From the NCBI GenBank assembly GCA_965645245.1, contig OZ287068.1:1984001-2048000 (forward strand): a stretch of DNA of 64,000 bases, given 5' to 3'. The notes under the pieces were generated by a model. It was given only the letters and a program-made list of their open reading frames with translations, searched no databases and had not been told where the DNA came from. The translations under genes and the position numbers were made by a program. The DNA comes from Massalongia carnosa. Taxonomy: Eukaryota. Of the stretch, positions 49,446-61,099 are shown in pieces (within the stretch, counting starts at the first letter, position 1; each line of letters starts with the position of its first letter).

Positions 49446-52104
49446 ATGGATCTCAGCGTCTACGAGGGCCGCGTAATGGAGCACTCGTACAGTGCCGGTT
49501 ATATCGTCCTGTCATATATTATCAGCTTTGCAGGATGTTGGACCGCACTGGAGCTTCTTCATCGAAGAACACATTCAGCAGGAATGTACAACTGGTAAGC
49601 GGATCTGAGGCAAACGCTTTAAAGAGGTTGCGTGACCCTTCAAGTCTAGCTAACAACTTTCAGGTTCCTCTTGATTGGGGCAGCAAACGCTATGGGTGCG
49701 GTGGCGATATGGTGCATGCACTATATTGGTAATCGGGCAATTCAGATGTTGAATGGAGAACCAGGTCTTCAAATTGAATACAGTGCTAGATACACCGTGG
49801 GGTCCTTTTTCCTACCCATCTGCGTCGTAGGGTTGGCATTTTATTATTTTAACCAATCCGAGATGGTCAGCATATTTGGGACAGTCATCGGAGGACTCAT
49901 CATTGGATTAGCTGTCTGCGGAATGTATTATACAGGCCAGGTGGGCATCTTGAACTATTCGATAACCTACTCGTGGAAGCATATTCTAGGTTCGGCTATC
50001 ATTGCTGTCGTTGCGAACACCGCTGCCCTTGGCATTTTCTTCTACTTCAAAATGACATGGACAGCCAGCTTAATCAGGAAAATAGGCTGTGCCGCATTGC
50101 TAGCCATGTCCGTGTCGGGAATGCATTGGCTGGCAATCATTGGTACATTTTATCAGTATAAAACGCAGTTAGGTCCCCCAGACGGTCTGTCAAGAAAAGG
50201 AGTCGTCATCGTGGTGCTCTGTTTGGTAGGTGTCTTGAATTCTAACCTGCAGAGACTGCGCATTTACCCATTCATGAAAGGCTATAGGATGCTGCCTCTC
50301 GCTTCTTCTCCTCGCCGCGTACGGGGAGCGTGCAAAGCAACGTTACGCAGACCGAGCACGACAAGTGGTCCTAGCGTGTGCTACCTTTGACCGCGAAGGG
50401 AAAATTCTGGTTACTCCTGAAGGGCTGTTACCTGGTTGTAAGATCACAAACTCATTTATTGAACATGTAGGCAATAACCCCACGCATTTCATTAAATATT
50501 AATTGACTATTTCGACCTAGTCTTTTGATGACGTTTTCGATGTTGGTCACCAAACCTTCTGTTGGATTTTTCGGGTATCCCACTGCTGGCAAGATGTGGT
50601 AGAACTCATACCCGGCATACGCGCACATCTCCGAGCCGCAACCGTCGTCAAAGTGTCGCGTCGTGAAAGCAAATCTACATTCTCCGGTATGAAGTCCCTC
50701 TCCACTGGAGATAGCTCAGAAGGCTCCATGCTCTTCAAAGAGCTTTTCTGTGTTGCCGCACAAGACCTGGCAACTTTGCTTCAACTGCCACTGGAGAACA
50801 TTGGCGTATTGTATGAAGGAATTATGAATACTGGAACCATTCAACGATCAAGCCGGAGGAACCTATTCTTCAAGCGCAAGAATCGTTACCCTGTCGACAT
50901 TGATGCGGCTGAAAAAGGAAATGCTAACGTAATCATTGGACGTGGCCAGCTATTGTTCGTGGTTCGTCGAGTCAATAGAGCCGACGCCACACAGATTCAA
51001 GCAGCAGGATATCGATTTGCACTAGTTGAAAATGTGATAGATACTCTGGCTTGTAGCATGGAGGTTACGAAAGAAGAATTATCCCCATACCTCGAGAATT
51101 TAAAGAGGCATTCGGAGAAGGAGCGCATACTAGAGCCGGGTGTTCATTTAGCCTGCTTCGCCCTACGTCCCGTTTTTCACCGAGGATTCGACATTGCTGT
51201 TCGTCAAGACGCGAAAAACCTTCTTCCCACCTTGCAGCTACCCATGAATAGGCTTGAGGCCTGGCATCTAGACTTCTTGAAAGGAATGGATAATTGGAGC
51301 GTTACCATGTGTTGTGAAAGGTTGGGTGATCAATCCCTCTTTCTACCAGCAAGGGAGCTGAGATTCGCCCATCAGTTTCTCGAGGCTATGACTGAGATGG
51401 GAAAGCAGATTGAGAACTCATTTTTTAGAGAGGCCCGCCTCATAGCAAGTCCAGTTGAGGCACCGTGCCGGAGCGCCAGCAAAATTCATTCTTTGGAATA
51501 TGCCTCAATTATTGCTTTCAGAGTCATTGTTGACGCCCATGAGCATGAAACAATCAATCGAACCTTCATTTTCTCTGCGTCCCGTTTTTTTCTCTGTCAA
51601 CAGCACGTCTATAGAAACTCGCCTGATCACACCGCCTTTGCGCGTACAATTCATCGGGAATTAGCAATACTAGCACATAACATGGATCAGAGGACTAGGT
51701 ATTCAGTCATCTCGAGCCCGCAAAAATCCCCCCGTCGTTACCCCTCTGTCCGTCTAAGTTCTATACGTTCCGAGCCACGATCCTTGTCGACCAATAGGAG
51801 TTATTCTATGCCAATTAGGCCATCACTCAGCATTAGCCCGACGCGCGCAAATTCTAGGACTAAGAAAACCTCGCTAAAAGCCAGTCCAGCGGCGGTCTCT
51901 GGCGGAAGTCATATATCAAGCGAGGCTCGAATCGATGTCAGCGGCTCCAATCGAGAAACTAACAGTCCAGATATCGAGCTGGCAAGTTTAGGGATTCACA
52001 GCGAAGCTGGTGTTGCCCTAATGGAGTCCGAGACTTTCGCAGATCAACTGATGGCTCAAACAATCGCTGAAAGAGGACAGCTGCGCTTTGAAGGCCGAAA
52101 TTGA
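49446..52104 (+). CDS. MHYT-domain integral membrane sensor protein (multi-exon)
   Basis: GYIVLSYIISFAGCWTALELLHRRT, AIWCMHYIGN, VCGMYYTG, VSGMHW, followed by a long cytosolic region (FKELFCVAAQDLA, GRGQLLFVVR). Confidence 0.9.
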
Positions 52105-53174
52105 CATAGACGGGCGGGACCTACCTACTACTGTGGGGATGGAAATTCTTACTTAATATGACCTACGGAGAGATATGTAATCTATCCGTTTTGTTATCTT
52201 CTCATCAACTCTATGAGTATGGCATTGCCCATTGCCGTTAGTTATCGATGGAATTGACATAGCGACGGTACATACTCATTATCCAATAGTTCTTTAAAAC
52301 AATCATAGACGTTTTCCGGCGGATTTGAGAGCTATGACGGAGGAGAAGACTTTCATCAATGGCTTTGGGTAGAAGTAACATAGGTTGCTTCAAAGCTGAA
52401 GATGAATACGGAGAAGAGGGAGGCATAGCAACGTCGGAATACAGTAATAGCAAAATACTTGAGTGTTCGATCGCAATCAAGCTACCTATCCAGTTTTCGT
52501 GTAAACATGATTCTCTGAACCCTGTCCAATTTCTGCCTCATGGGAAAGACATAGGTATGAAGATATTACCTACCTAAAGTGCATTAGCTGCTAAAAACTA
52601 CACTCAAAAACACCCCCCCTTTCTAACTTATAGAGTACATCAATTCTTTTTCGGAAATAATTTGAAGTCTATCTGTCCACTAACACTTCCAAACTCCTTG
52701 ATTCTTCGAAAATCCTTCTCATAGCTTCTCAAGAGTAGGACTCGAACTTCTTTCATAAACATCCAAAACGGGGGAAACATTAAGATGGTTCTCGTAGAAA
52801 TAGGCTTCTAAAGAATCCCGTAAGTACATGTCACAGGACTATTGTGATAGTATAAAAAGCACCCTCGATAGCTTCAGGTTGAACGGCTTCAACAAAGCTG
52901 ATGACCAATCCCTCGCCCGCTTGAGGTGGGTTTAGGGTTTAGGGTTCAAAAGAAATGCACCCGTTTGCAAAATGGTGTGCCGAACTTTGAACCCCGAAAC
53001 TGCGCGGTAAAAAAAAATATTAAGCGACAGAATTGGACCACACAGCAGAATTTGGTGCAGTAGCTAATGGCCCTCCTCCCTTTCACACCACCTTTTGCAG
53101 TCTGTAGGATAAATGATATGTAGTGTTTTCATGTAGATCTTTATTCTTGCTACCTCGTAGTTTCAAAAGCAAAC

Positions 53175-54482
53175 ATGGGACGATCATTCAGCATCATCAA
53201 ACGCCAGGCTATAAAGTTCAGACTGGAATCGGATGAAGATGCTACTGGTGTCAGCATTAGACAACTACGTAAGATGAGACATAATTGGGAACATTTCAGT
53301 GAGGTTGCAAAACCTCAGCTTGCTAGTGGCCGGCGCAAGAAAATGAATCAACAACAAATCGAGCAACTACTCATGTATCTGGATCAGAGACCTACCTCTT
53401 ATTTGGACGAGATATGCTGGTTTTTGTATGATGAATTCGACGTCTTGGTGAGCGAGTCTACGGTTTCTCGAACTCTTAAGCAGATGGCCTGGAATCGAAA
53501 GATGGCTATTCGTATAGCATAACAACGCAACCAATCTTTGCGTGATGAGAAGATGATTAGACTGGGAGGATGGAGGGCTGATCAGTTGATTTTCTGGACG
53601 AAAGCGCTACATGCGAGCATACTGGTCAGTACTATTTGAAGAACTTCAGTTTCTTTGCTAATTGTTATTACTTTAGGTGATCGTCGATATGGATGGGCCG
53701 CACCAGGAATCAAACCGACCATGATTCAAGCGCTCAAACTTTCTAAGAGATGGATTATATTACTAGCGTTCACCATCGACGGTTTCATAGCTTGGGAGGT
53801 GCATCATGGCTCTATAATATCAGATATTCTGAATGAATTCGTCAGGCTCAAGGCTTTACCATATGTATTGCGCTGGAGGTAATGGTCCTCGTTCGGTTTT
53901 GATTATGGATAATGCCTCTATACATTGGAGTGAGGAATTGAGGATCATGTGTCAGGATGCATATGTTTTGCTGGTTCATTTGCCTCCGTAATCACCCGAT
54001 TTTAATCCAATAGAGACTTCATTCTCTATTCTTAAGGCCTGGATTAAACGTCACAGTAGTTTAATTGATTCATATATAGAGGAATCTGGTGGATTTGGGA
54101 GATTTTTAGAAGATGCACTTGTTAGATGGTAAGGACTAACATCTAACATCCATCTAGTTATTAGATGGTAAGAACTGTTAGACTACCATCATGGGCATCC
54201 GTCTAGTGCCTATCTTTGGTGACCCTACCACGGGGGCCGAAGTGACCTCTGGGGACCGAGAATCAGTGGACCAGCTGACTCCCTATGAAAGAGGGTCGCC
54301 GGAAAGTCTTCAATGTGACTGCTATATAATGAGTAGATAGCTCACATATAATCCACACCTTCAATGACAATCATGCTATTATACCTACAAAGTGAAGCTA
54401 TATTTTCATAGCACTACAGGCTATAAGTGAAGATGTTTCACATGATGCAGGTGCATTGTTTCGACAGTCTAGTATTGAATAA
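53175..54482 (+). pseudogene. IS630/Tc1-like DDE transposase, disrupted
   Basis: HTH YLDEICWFLYDEFDVLVSESTVSRTLK, then LDES, RRYGWA, IMDNASIH, LPP*SPDFNPIETSFSILKAWIKR. Has stops, frameshifts and an LTR insertion. Confidence 0.9.
54120..54410. mobile_element. Solo LTR, family C (291 bp), nested in the transposase 3' end
   Basis: TGTTAG...TTCATA flanked by GCACT repeats (54115-54119, 54411-54415). Removing it restores FLEDALQAISEDVSHDAGALFRQSSIE*. Confidence 0.85.
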
Positions 54483-54506
54483 AACTCATAAAAATCAATT
54501 TCCTCA

Positions 54507-55332
54507 TCAGCTACTGTCTTCCGTATCATCCTCCTCGTCCTCCTCATCCTCCTCATCCTCCTCGTCCTCCTCGTCCTCCTCGTCCTCCTCGTCCTCCTGA
54601 TTGTCCTCCTCCTCTTCCTCCTCCTCGTCCTCGTCAAGGTCCTCCTCCTTCTCCTCTCCCTCCTCCTCGTCATTCAAAGCCTTTTGTGTAGTCCTAGTAG
54701 TTAGCGGACGTACATTGAAGCTTGGCCGGAAATTCTTTGGCAAAGATTGACTGGAGGAACGTGATTCTGATGGAGGAGGAGGAACAATTATAGGTTCAGA
54801 ATCGTGCTCGGATGATTGCTGCTTCAATTGTCTAGCAAATTTGCTGACATCGCGAGCCAAACGTATGCCGATGCCAGGTTCGATTCCCATTTTCTCCCAT
54901 TTTTCCTCATAAACAGTACCTTTCCACTGCTGAATGGTTTGGTTTGTAAATCAGAGTAAACAAATCAGGCTCGGGCTCAGGCTCAGGCTCAGGTTCAGGA
55001 GCACTAGATAGCTCGGAAAGACAAGGAGAAGGCGTACTACTGCGAGTCGGACGAACATTCCTTGGCTCGGGGAGGAGGAGACGATGAGGAGGTAAAGGCG
55101 AAGCCGAAGGAGAAGCTGGAGGAGATGGTAAAGGTGGACGTGATGGAAGATCAGGAATACGGGCATTTAAAACTGGTGATGATGATCTAGGAGGATTGAT
55201 TCTAAGCCTTTGTTTAAATGAAGGTGCTGAGTTCCTAGGTAATTCAGTAGTAGATGCTCGTTTTCATGATTGTTTGGAGGGCTGTTTGGGGGGCTGTTTT
55301 GAAGGCTGTTTAGGAGGCTGTTTTCGAGGCAT
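54507..55332 (-). pseudogene. Second (accessory) ORF of the TIR element, disrupted
   Basis: MPRKQPPKQPSKQPPKQPSKQS*, Pro/Ser-rich, PEPEPEPEPE, a frame break near 54945, then QWKGTVYEEKWEKMGIEPGIGIRLARDVSKF and a long (EDE)n tail. Confidence 0.7.
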
Positions 55333-55852
55333 GATGACTGGAATAACTACGTTGAAAGTTCATACAAACGACAATCAAAAGGATATCATTAACCATATTA
55401 TCCTATAGACTGCAAAGGGCAGTGTGAAGGGGAGGAGGGCTATTAGCTATGTACTGCACCAAATTCTGGTGTGTGGTCCAATTCTGTCGCTTATTTTTTT
55501 TTTTTTACCGCGCAGTTTCGGGGTTCAAAGTTCGGCACACCATTTTGCAAACGGGTGTAGCACATAGAAATCCGATCAGATGATTGGATAGTAAACATGG
55601 CTGAAGCCATTGCCAAGACTAGATACACGACCACCCATCAATCTTCACATTGGATGAAGACGGTTGCTCCTGTTTTCTAAAAGCTTCCAAGTCTTAGCTA
55701 TGCAACACATCTGAACATGTTATCATCGGCGCGCCTATAAGGTGCTTCCTGGCTCCCGATACCACTGCCAGTTGGACGATCTAATATACGGGGCTCTGTA
55801 ATCGAGACTCAGGTCGTCCGGCTTGAAAGTTGGCTCCAGGTAATCTTATCTC

Positions 55853-56956
55853 ATGTCTCTTCTTTCTGTTTTAACGTCCTCATCTCTATCTCGTGCTTGG
55901 TCCTCTGCTGCTCACCCCCAACTGCCTATTATTGCAACCTGCTTCGCCGACAAATCAGTACGCATCTATTCACTCACTTCATTCACCCTACTCTCTACCA
56001 TCAGCGGCGGGCATAAACGTAGCGTGCGGACATGCTCCTGGAAACCCAATCTCAAGGGCGAGAGCGTGCTCGCAACTGGAAGCTTTGATGCCAGTGTAGG
56101 CATCTGGAGAAGGTGGGATGGGGATATGAATATGCAGAATGAAACCCAAGTTAGCGGAATTGTACCTGAGAGCGAAAACACTGAGGAAGAGGAAGACTCC
56201 GAGGAATGGCGGTTTGCAATAGTCCTGGATGGACATGAGTCGGAAGTCAAGTCCGTGGCATGGTCGGCAGGTGGTAACTTCCTAGCCTCATGTTCGAGGG
56301 ACAAAAGTATTTGGATCTGGGAGGAGATTGGTGATGATGATTTTGAGACTGTAGCGGTGCTGCAGGAGCACGATGGGGATGTAAAGTGTGTCGCGTGGCA
56401 TCCGGAGGAAGAGCTGTTGGCAAGCGGGAGCTACGACAACGATGTCAGGTTGTGGAGAGAAGATGATGACTGGGGGTGTGTGGAAGTTCTGAGAGGCCAT
56501 AAGAGCACCGTGTGGTGCGTTGAGTGGGAAAAGCCTCAGGGTAGACGGCTTGCTAGCTGCTCGGATGACATGACGATACGAATATGGTCCAAGCAAAAAG
56601 GCTGGGTTGAAGAATGTCAGTTGCCCCAGAGGCATGAAAGACCCATATATGCCGTTGCGTGGAAGAATGGCAAGATAGTAAGCATAGGTGGTGATGGAAG
56701 GATCGTCGTCTACGAGGAACAGCCCGGTCAAGGGTCAAAAAGTTTTGACGACGAAGAATTGAAGGAATATATTGGTGGCGAACATCATGCAACAGAATCT
56801 CTAATCGACTCAGCAACGAATTGGACAGTCACTGCCCAAATTGAGGACGCTCATGGTGCGTTTGAGATCAACCATGTATGTTGGGCATCACGGGGCAAAG
56901 ATGAAGTCATCATTACTACAGGTGATGATGGTCTAATCAAAGTATGGAAGCTGTGA
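55853..56956 (+). CDS. CIA1: Cytosolic Fe-S cluster assembly WD40 protein Cia1
   Basis: GGHKRSVR, ATGSFDA, LDGHESEVKSVAWS, LASCSRDKSIWIWE, VLQEHDGDVKCVAWHP, AHGAFEINHVCW, TGDDG. Confidence 0.96.
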   Translation: MSLLSVLTSSSLSRAWSSAAHPQLPIIATCFADKSVRIYSLTSFTLLSTISGGHKRSVRTCSWKPNLKGESVLATGSFDASVGIWRRWDGDMNMQNETQVSGIVPESENTEEEEDSEEWRFAIVLDGHESEVKSVAWSAGGNFLASCSRDKSIWIWEEIGDDDFETVAVLQEHDGDVKCVAWHPEEELLASGSYDNDVRLWREDDDWGCVEVLRGHKSTVWCVEWEKPQGRRLASCSDDMTIRIWSKQKGWVEECQLPQRHERPIYAVAWKNGKIVSIGGDGRIVVYEEQPGQGSKSFDDEELKEYIGGEHHATESLIDSATNWTVTAQIEDAHGAFEINHVCWASRGKDEVIITTGDDGLIKVWKL

Positions 56957-57898
56957 AGTCCTCTGATTATACTTTATCCTGGGAATCATATATTGGTCGC
57001 CAGAAAAATCTCCGATGGGAGTGCTTACTTCATCTTCGTTGGTGTAATCTTCTGGTTTTTTTCGGTCTGATCTAGATTCCCATCTCTCATGGCAACCATA
57101 TCTCTGCTATCATGAAAGGTAAGTCGGAATGACTGGCTCCATGATAGCGATATATTTGAAATTTTTACGACTTTTTCATCTCATCCGTCCTGGCAACTAT
57201 ATCTTTTTCACCCAATGAATAGTTTCGACAAGAGGACTAGTTTTATAGTTCCATTCTATCCGAATTTCCTTCGGGTTTTCGTCGATTCCGCTCCGCGAAT
57301 TGCTAGACTTAAGCCCTTCTCTTCCACGGGTCATCATTCACTTTATATATCACCCCTTTTTCCTCTCTCGAGTATCTATGGCTCGGTACATCTTCCGTTC
57401 CATGCTCAAGACCCCTTCTCTTAAGAGTATCCAAGGCCTTCCTAGAAACTTTTCATGATGAGGGATTTGACTACTGTAATTGGTGGTTTGAGATGTAGTC
57501 TCAGTGATAGTATATAAATTTGATATATTATATACACCCGTTTGGATTCTTTCAACTTGAAAAATATAATTCAAGATCATGATGCCGTACTACAAACTGG
57601 AAGCTTGTGTTCTGGCTTTGGAAATACTCTGCTTGTTTCCTTTTTGCTCTATGGTTTTTCATCATTATCTTCGTTTACCCCCCCCGGGTTAAATCCGATT
57701 CGCACCTTCTATATTGCGTAGTTATAGAAACAAGTACAAGCCACGAAAGTTTCGTGTTTTCTAGCCTATACTTATCTATCAGTTCACTCAAAGAAGCAGG
57801 AGCAAACTGCTTAGTGCGCCTCCAGACTCTGGGTATAAATACAACCCCCCCCCCAACTTCTTCTGCTTCTTCTTCTTCTTCCTTAAACATTTTTTACA

Positions 57899-59339
57899 AT
57901 GTCTTCCCGCTTTATTGCACGTACTGCTTCTACCAAGCCTTCTACCATCCCAACACAGCCCAAATCCCTTCCTACTGCTGCTCGTGTTCTAGAGCGTTGC
58001 GCTGCAATGTCTCGCCCTCGAGTGGTCCCTTCTCGCCGTCCTCGCCCTATGTCGCCTGACATTTGGCTTCCTCTTCCTGCCCCTCCTCGTCCAATGTCGC
58101 CAGACATTTGGATCGAACCCTCCACCGCCAAGGTATTGGCGAATTCCAAGCGGGTGCAAGCCCGTGCGGTTCGTCGTACCAAGGTGCCTACGGCTGCAGA
58201 GGTCGCCGCGACTACCAACCGGATTGATGCCCGGATTGCAGCGCGGACCGCCAAGATCTCTGCCGCCGCTCTTACTCTCAAAAGCAACGAGAGAAGCGTG
58301 AAGGATAGGTATAAGCCTTACTCCTTCACCGCTAACGCACGACCAGTCGTTCGGTCTGCAGCTCCAGCGCAACCAGCCAAGCCCAGCGCAGCCAGAGCAC
58401 AGATAAGGGATGTACAGGTTGGCGTTCTACGCCCACAGGACTTCAGTAAGCCACCTTCTCATCCATCTGCTTTCTCCTTTGCAACATCTCCTGCCTTCCA
58501 CCTCACCACCTCACCACCTTACCACCTCAACACCTCAACGTTTCTATAAATCGCCTCTCACTGCCATTCTTCATACCTTACCACCTTGGCATGTCACTAC
58601 ATTATCGCTTCTATACCTCACTTCTCACCTCCATATTTTCATACCTTACCACTTCACCTCTCCCCTATCTATGAACCTCACCACCTCATCATCCCATCAC
58701 CTTACACCTTACCATCTCAATACTTCACTGCCTCCTACCGCCTCCCACCACAACACCCCTCTATACCTTCCAATCTCGCTACACACTAGCACGTCCTTCC
58801 ATTAGTCGTGCATCAGATGCTAGCTTGAGTTCTTGGATGTTTCCTTGCTGAGCATTCCTCTAGTTGTCGCAGCGCCCATGGCTCCTAGAGCCTCAAGATT
58901 TCGCCGCGTTGATGCCGAGCCCCTCGCCTTTGTGCTTCCACCGAAGGGTATCCTTCGGAAGGCCAGCAGCAAAAGCGCAGGGAAGAAGACCGTCACCTTT
59001 GGTGGGGTAGATGTCCGGGAGGTGGAGACCTGGATTGGGATCGAGCAGGTATGCCTACTCACCTAAATCTTTCTGTTAGCAAGTCCTAACTCATTCAAGT
59101 AGGGCGTTGAGACTGCCGATCAGTTGATGGAGGACGGAGTGAGGATTCGCGGTAAGTGCCTGCATGTGGCTCCTAAGCCATGCAGGATTATCGGTTCCCA
59201 CCTCGTCGGGTGGATCGATAAGAGCGTTGGAGAAGAACTCGACTGGTGCCATCTTTTTGGACCTGGTCGTGTGTACGGCGCTCATTTCGACTGCCCTAAC
59301 AAGGAATGCAACAGGTTGCGCCCACGTTATACGACCTAG
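57899..59339 (+). CDS. Orphan basic protein (~322 aa; exons 57899-58445, 58864-59048, 59103-59339) with PP1-docking-like motifs
   Basis: TATAAAT about 60 bp upstream. Two in-phase GT-AG introns (GTAAGC...GCTGAG...TAG; GTATGC...CTAAC...TAG) join three ORF-track fragments. Contains KGILRK and KKTVTF. Confidence 0.72.
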
Positions 59340-59401
59340 TCGTAAGTTGTGGACTTCCTGCCCTGCTTCGCTTATGTGCTTGATTATAGATCTACTTGAC
59401 A

Positions 59402-59702
59402 CACAGAGCGGCTTTGCCAGGTCGTGTATCGCTATCAGAAACGGGGCTACGACCTCACCAAAAAAAATTCAACACCCCAAAATCATCCTAAAGTATCTCC
59501 GACTGACAATGTCGACTTCTATTTTCGCACGGTCTCTACCATCGCGCATCTATCTGGCACACAGAGCACTTCGGCTCATTGGGCATCGCTATCAGAAACG
59601 GGGCTACGACCCCGCCAAAAAAACTTCAACTTCACCAAAATCATCCCAAAGTATCTCCGACTGACAACGTCGACTTCTGTTTTCGCACAGTCTTTACCAC
59701 CT
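59402..59702. repeat. Imperfect tandem duplication, period ~159 bp
   Basis: atcgctatcagaaacggggctacgacc...aaaatcatcc(t/c)aaagtatctccgactgacaa(t/c)gtcgacttct(a/g)ttttcgcac occurs twice. Confidence 0.9.
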
Positions 59703-61099
59703 CTCCTAATATCTAGTTTGCGAGCTTTCATCCTGCAGGTCGACAATCTTTGACGTTTTGAAAGTTTACGGTACTCGGATATTGCTGGCTTGTAGCTCGT
59801 TGTGCTAATCTAGCCGTAGCGGTATATTAGCTCGCTGCCCGACTATTTAGGTATGATTCATTTGGATACAGCTCTTTGTGGCCCTGTGAGTCCAGTAAGT
59901 TGCATCTATTTCTTTCTACTTCTTGCATATCGACGACTAATAGTTCTCCCTTTCTGTTACCAGATATTGGTCACTTGGGTTTTTGCGCAGGTTACTAGAT
60001 TGGCTCTCCTGACGGGTTTTACTGTTAACGAATCTTGAACTCTTGAACGCTTCTTACGGGCTTGGGTTAGATGGTTGTTGTATATTTCGTGGCCTCGTAT
60101 GTCCGGTAAGCTGTTCTTCATTTTACCTGATGAGCCATGGTCAATCGCTGACCTTTTGTGCTTTATTCTAGAATATCAGTTGCTGATGTCTTTTTCTTGG
60201 AGCTGCTAGAAAAATGTAGTTGGCCTTGTTCTCGATTTGATGGTTTGGTTGGCTCTTGTCTCTCTACCCGATTTTTCAAAATTAGCTAGCTAGTTCAGTG
60301 TTGGTGGTCAATCTTGTATATTTTGTTTCCAGTTAACTAGACTGTAAAACAAAGAAGATATCTATCTTGAGACTCATCCTATCCTATCTTGATCTTGACC
60401 TCTCTGTATTTCTCCCCTTGCTAGCGTGGGAACCTAGACTGACTATCTCCACCAAGCCAGCTAAGAGCTCCGCAAGATATATACGTATGTAAGTAAATAA
60501 GTAAAGCAAGTAGGAGAGTAGAGGAGAAAAGGAGGATCAGACAGACTTCCTCAGTAATGCGAATGAAAAGGAGAGGGGGGTATGAAATCATGGTTGCTAG
60601 ATTATTTATTGTTTATTACCACCAAGGCAATTCGCAGGCCTCCCATCATGTCGGCTAAATATACAGATATTATATATAACTATCATCTATTAGTCGAGCA
60701 ACCTCCTTCCCTCTCGAGGGTGCTGTCTTCACTGCTGACGCGCTCAGTTTTTGCTAAAGAGCCCTCCTTCCTATAACTAATGGCTTGACTTGTTCGCTTT
60801 GTGTTGGCTTTTATTGGCGGCAGTGAGGGGAGGGAGGAAAAGGGGGAGAGAGAGATGGGATGGGGAGGGAGAAAGGGATGGGATGGATTTAGAGAATGTT
60901 GAATGGACGAAAAGAGAATGATGGGAAGGAAGACGTAGAAACTCGTAAGGTTTCTTTTTTTTCTGCTTCACTAATCTTGAGAACAAAAGTTGTTCTTAAA
61001 AAGTTCTTGCGTCGGTGGGGGCAGCGGCACGGAGAGATTTTGCTCAGTCACAAACAGTAAATTATATAAATACCTAGCCTACACGATAGAGCTCGCGGA

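Larger units (their letters stand above)
52958..55557. mobile_element. IS630/Tc1-like DNA transposon with ~150-bp TIRs and two convergent ORFs
   Basis: CACCCGTTTGCAAAATGGTGTGCCGAACTTTGAACCCCGAAACTGCGCGGTAAAA... at left and its reverse complement ending at 55557. TA follows the right end; TG precedes the left end. Confidence 0.93.

Noticed and set aside
52238..52900. Possible gene remnant beside the TIR element
   Set aside because: The frames examined contain multiple stops, and no family was recognisable.
52928..52946. Telomere-like GGGTTTAGGGTTTAGGGTT
   Set aside because: Only about two units, internal, and not the usual fungal TTAGGG; probably chance or slippage.
37309..56956. Metal/cofactor gene cluster (ATX1, lipoate ligase, MHYT, CIA1)
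   Set aside because: The genes are interspersed with unrelated housekeeping genes and TEs, with no evidence of co-regulation or conserved clustering.
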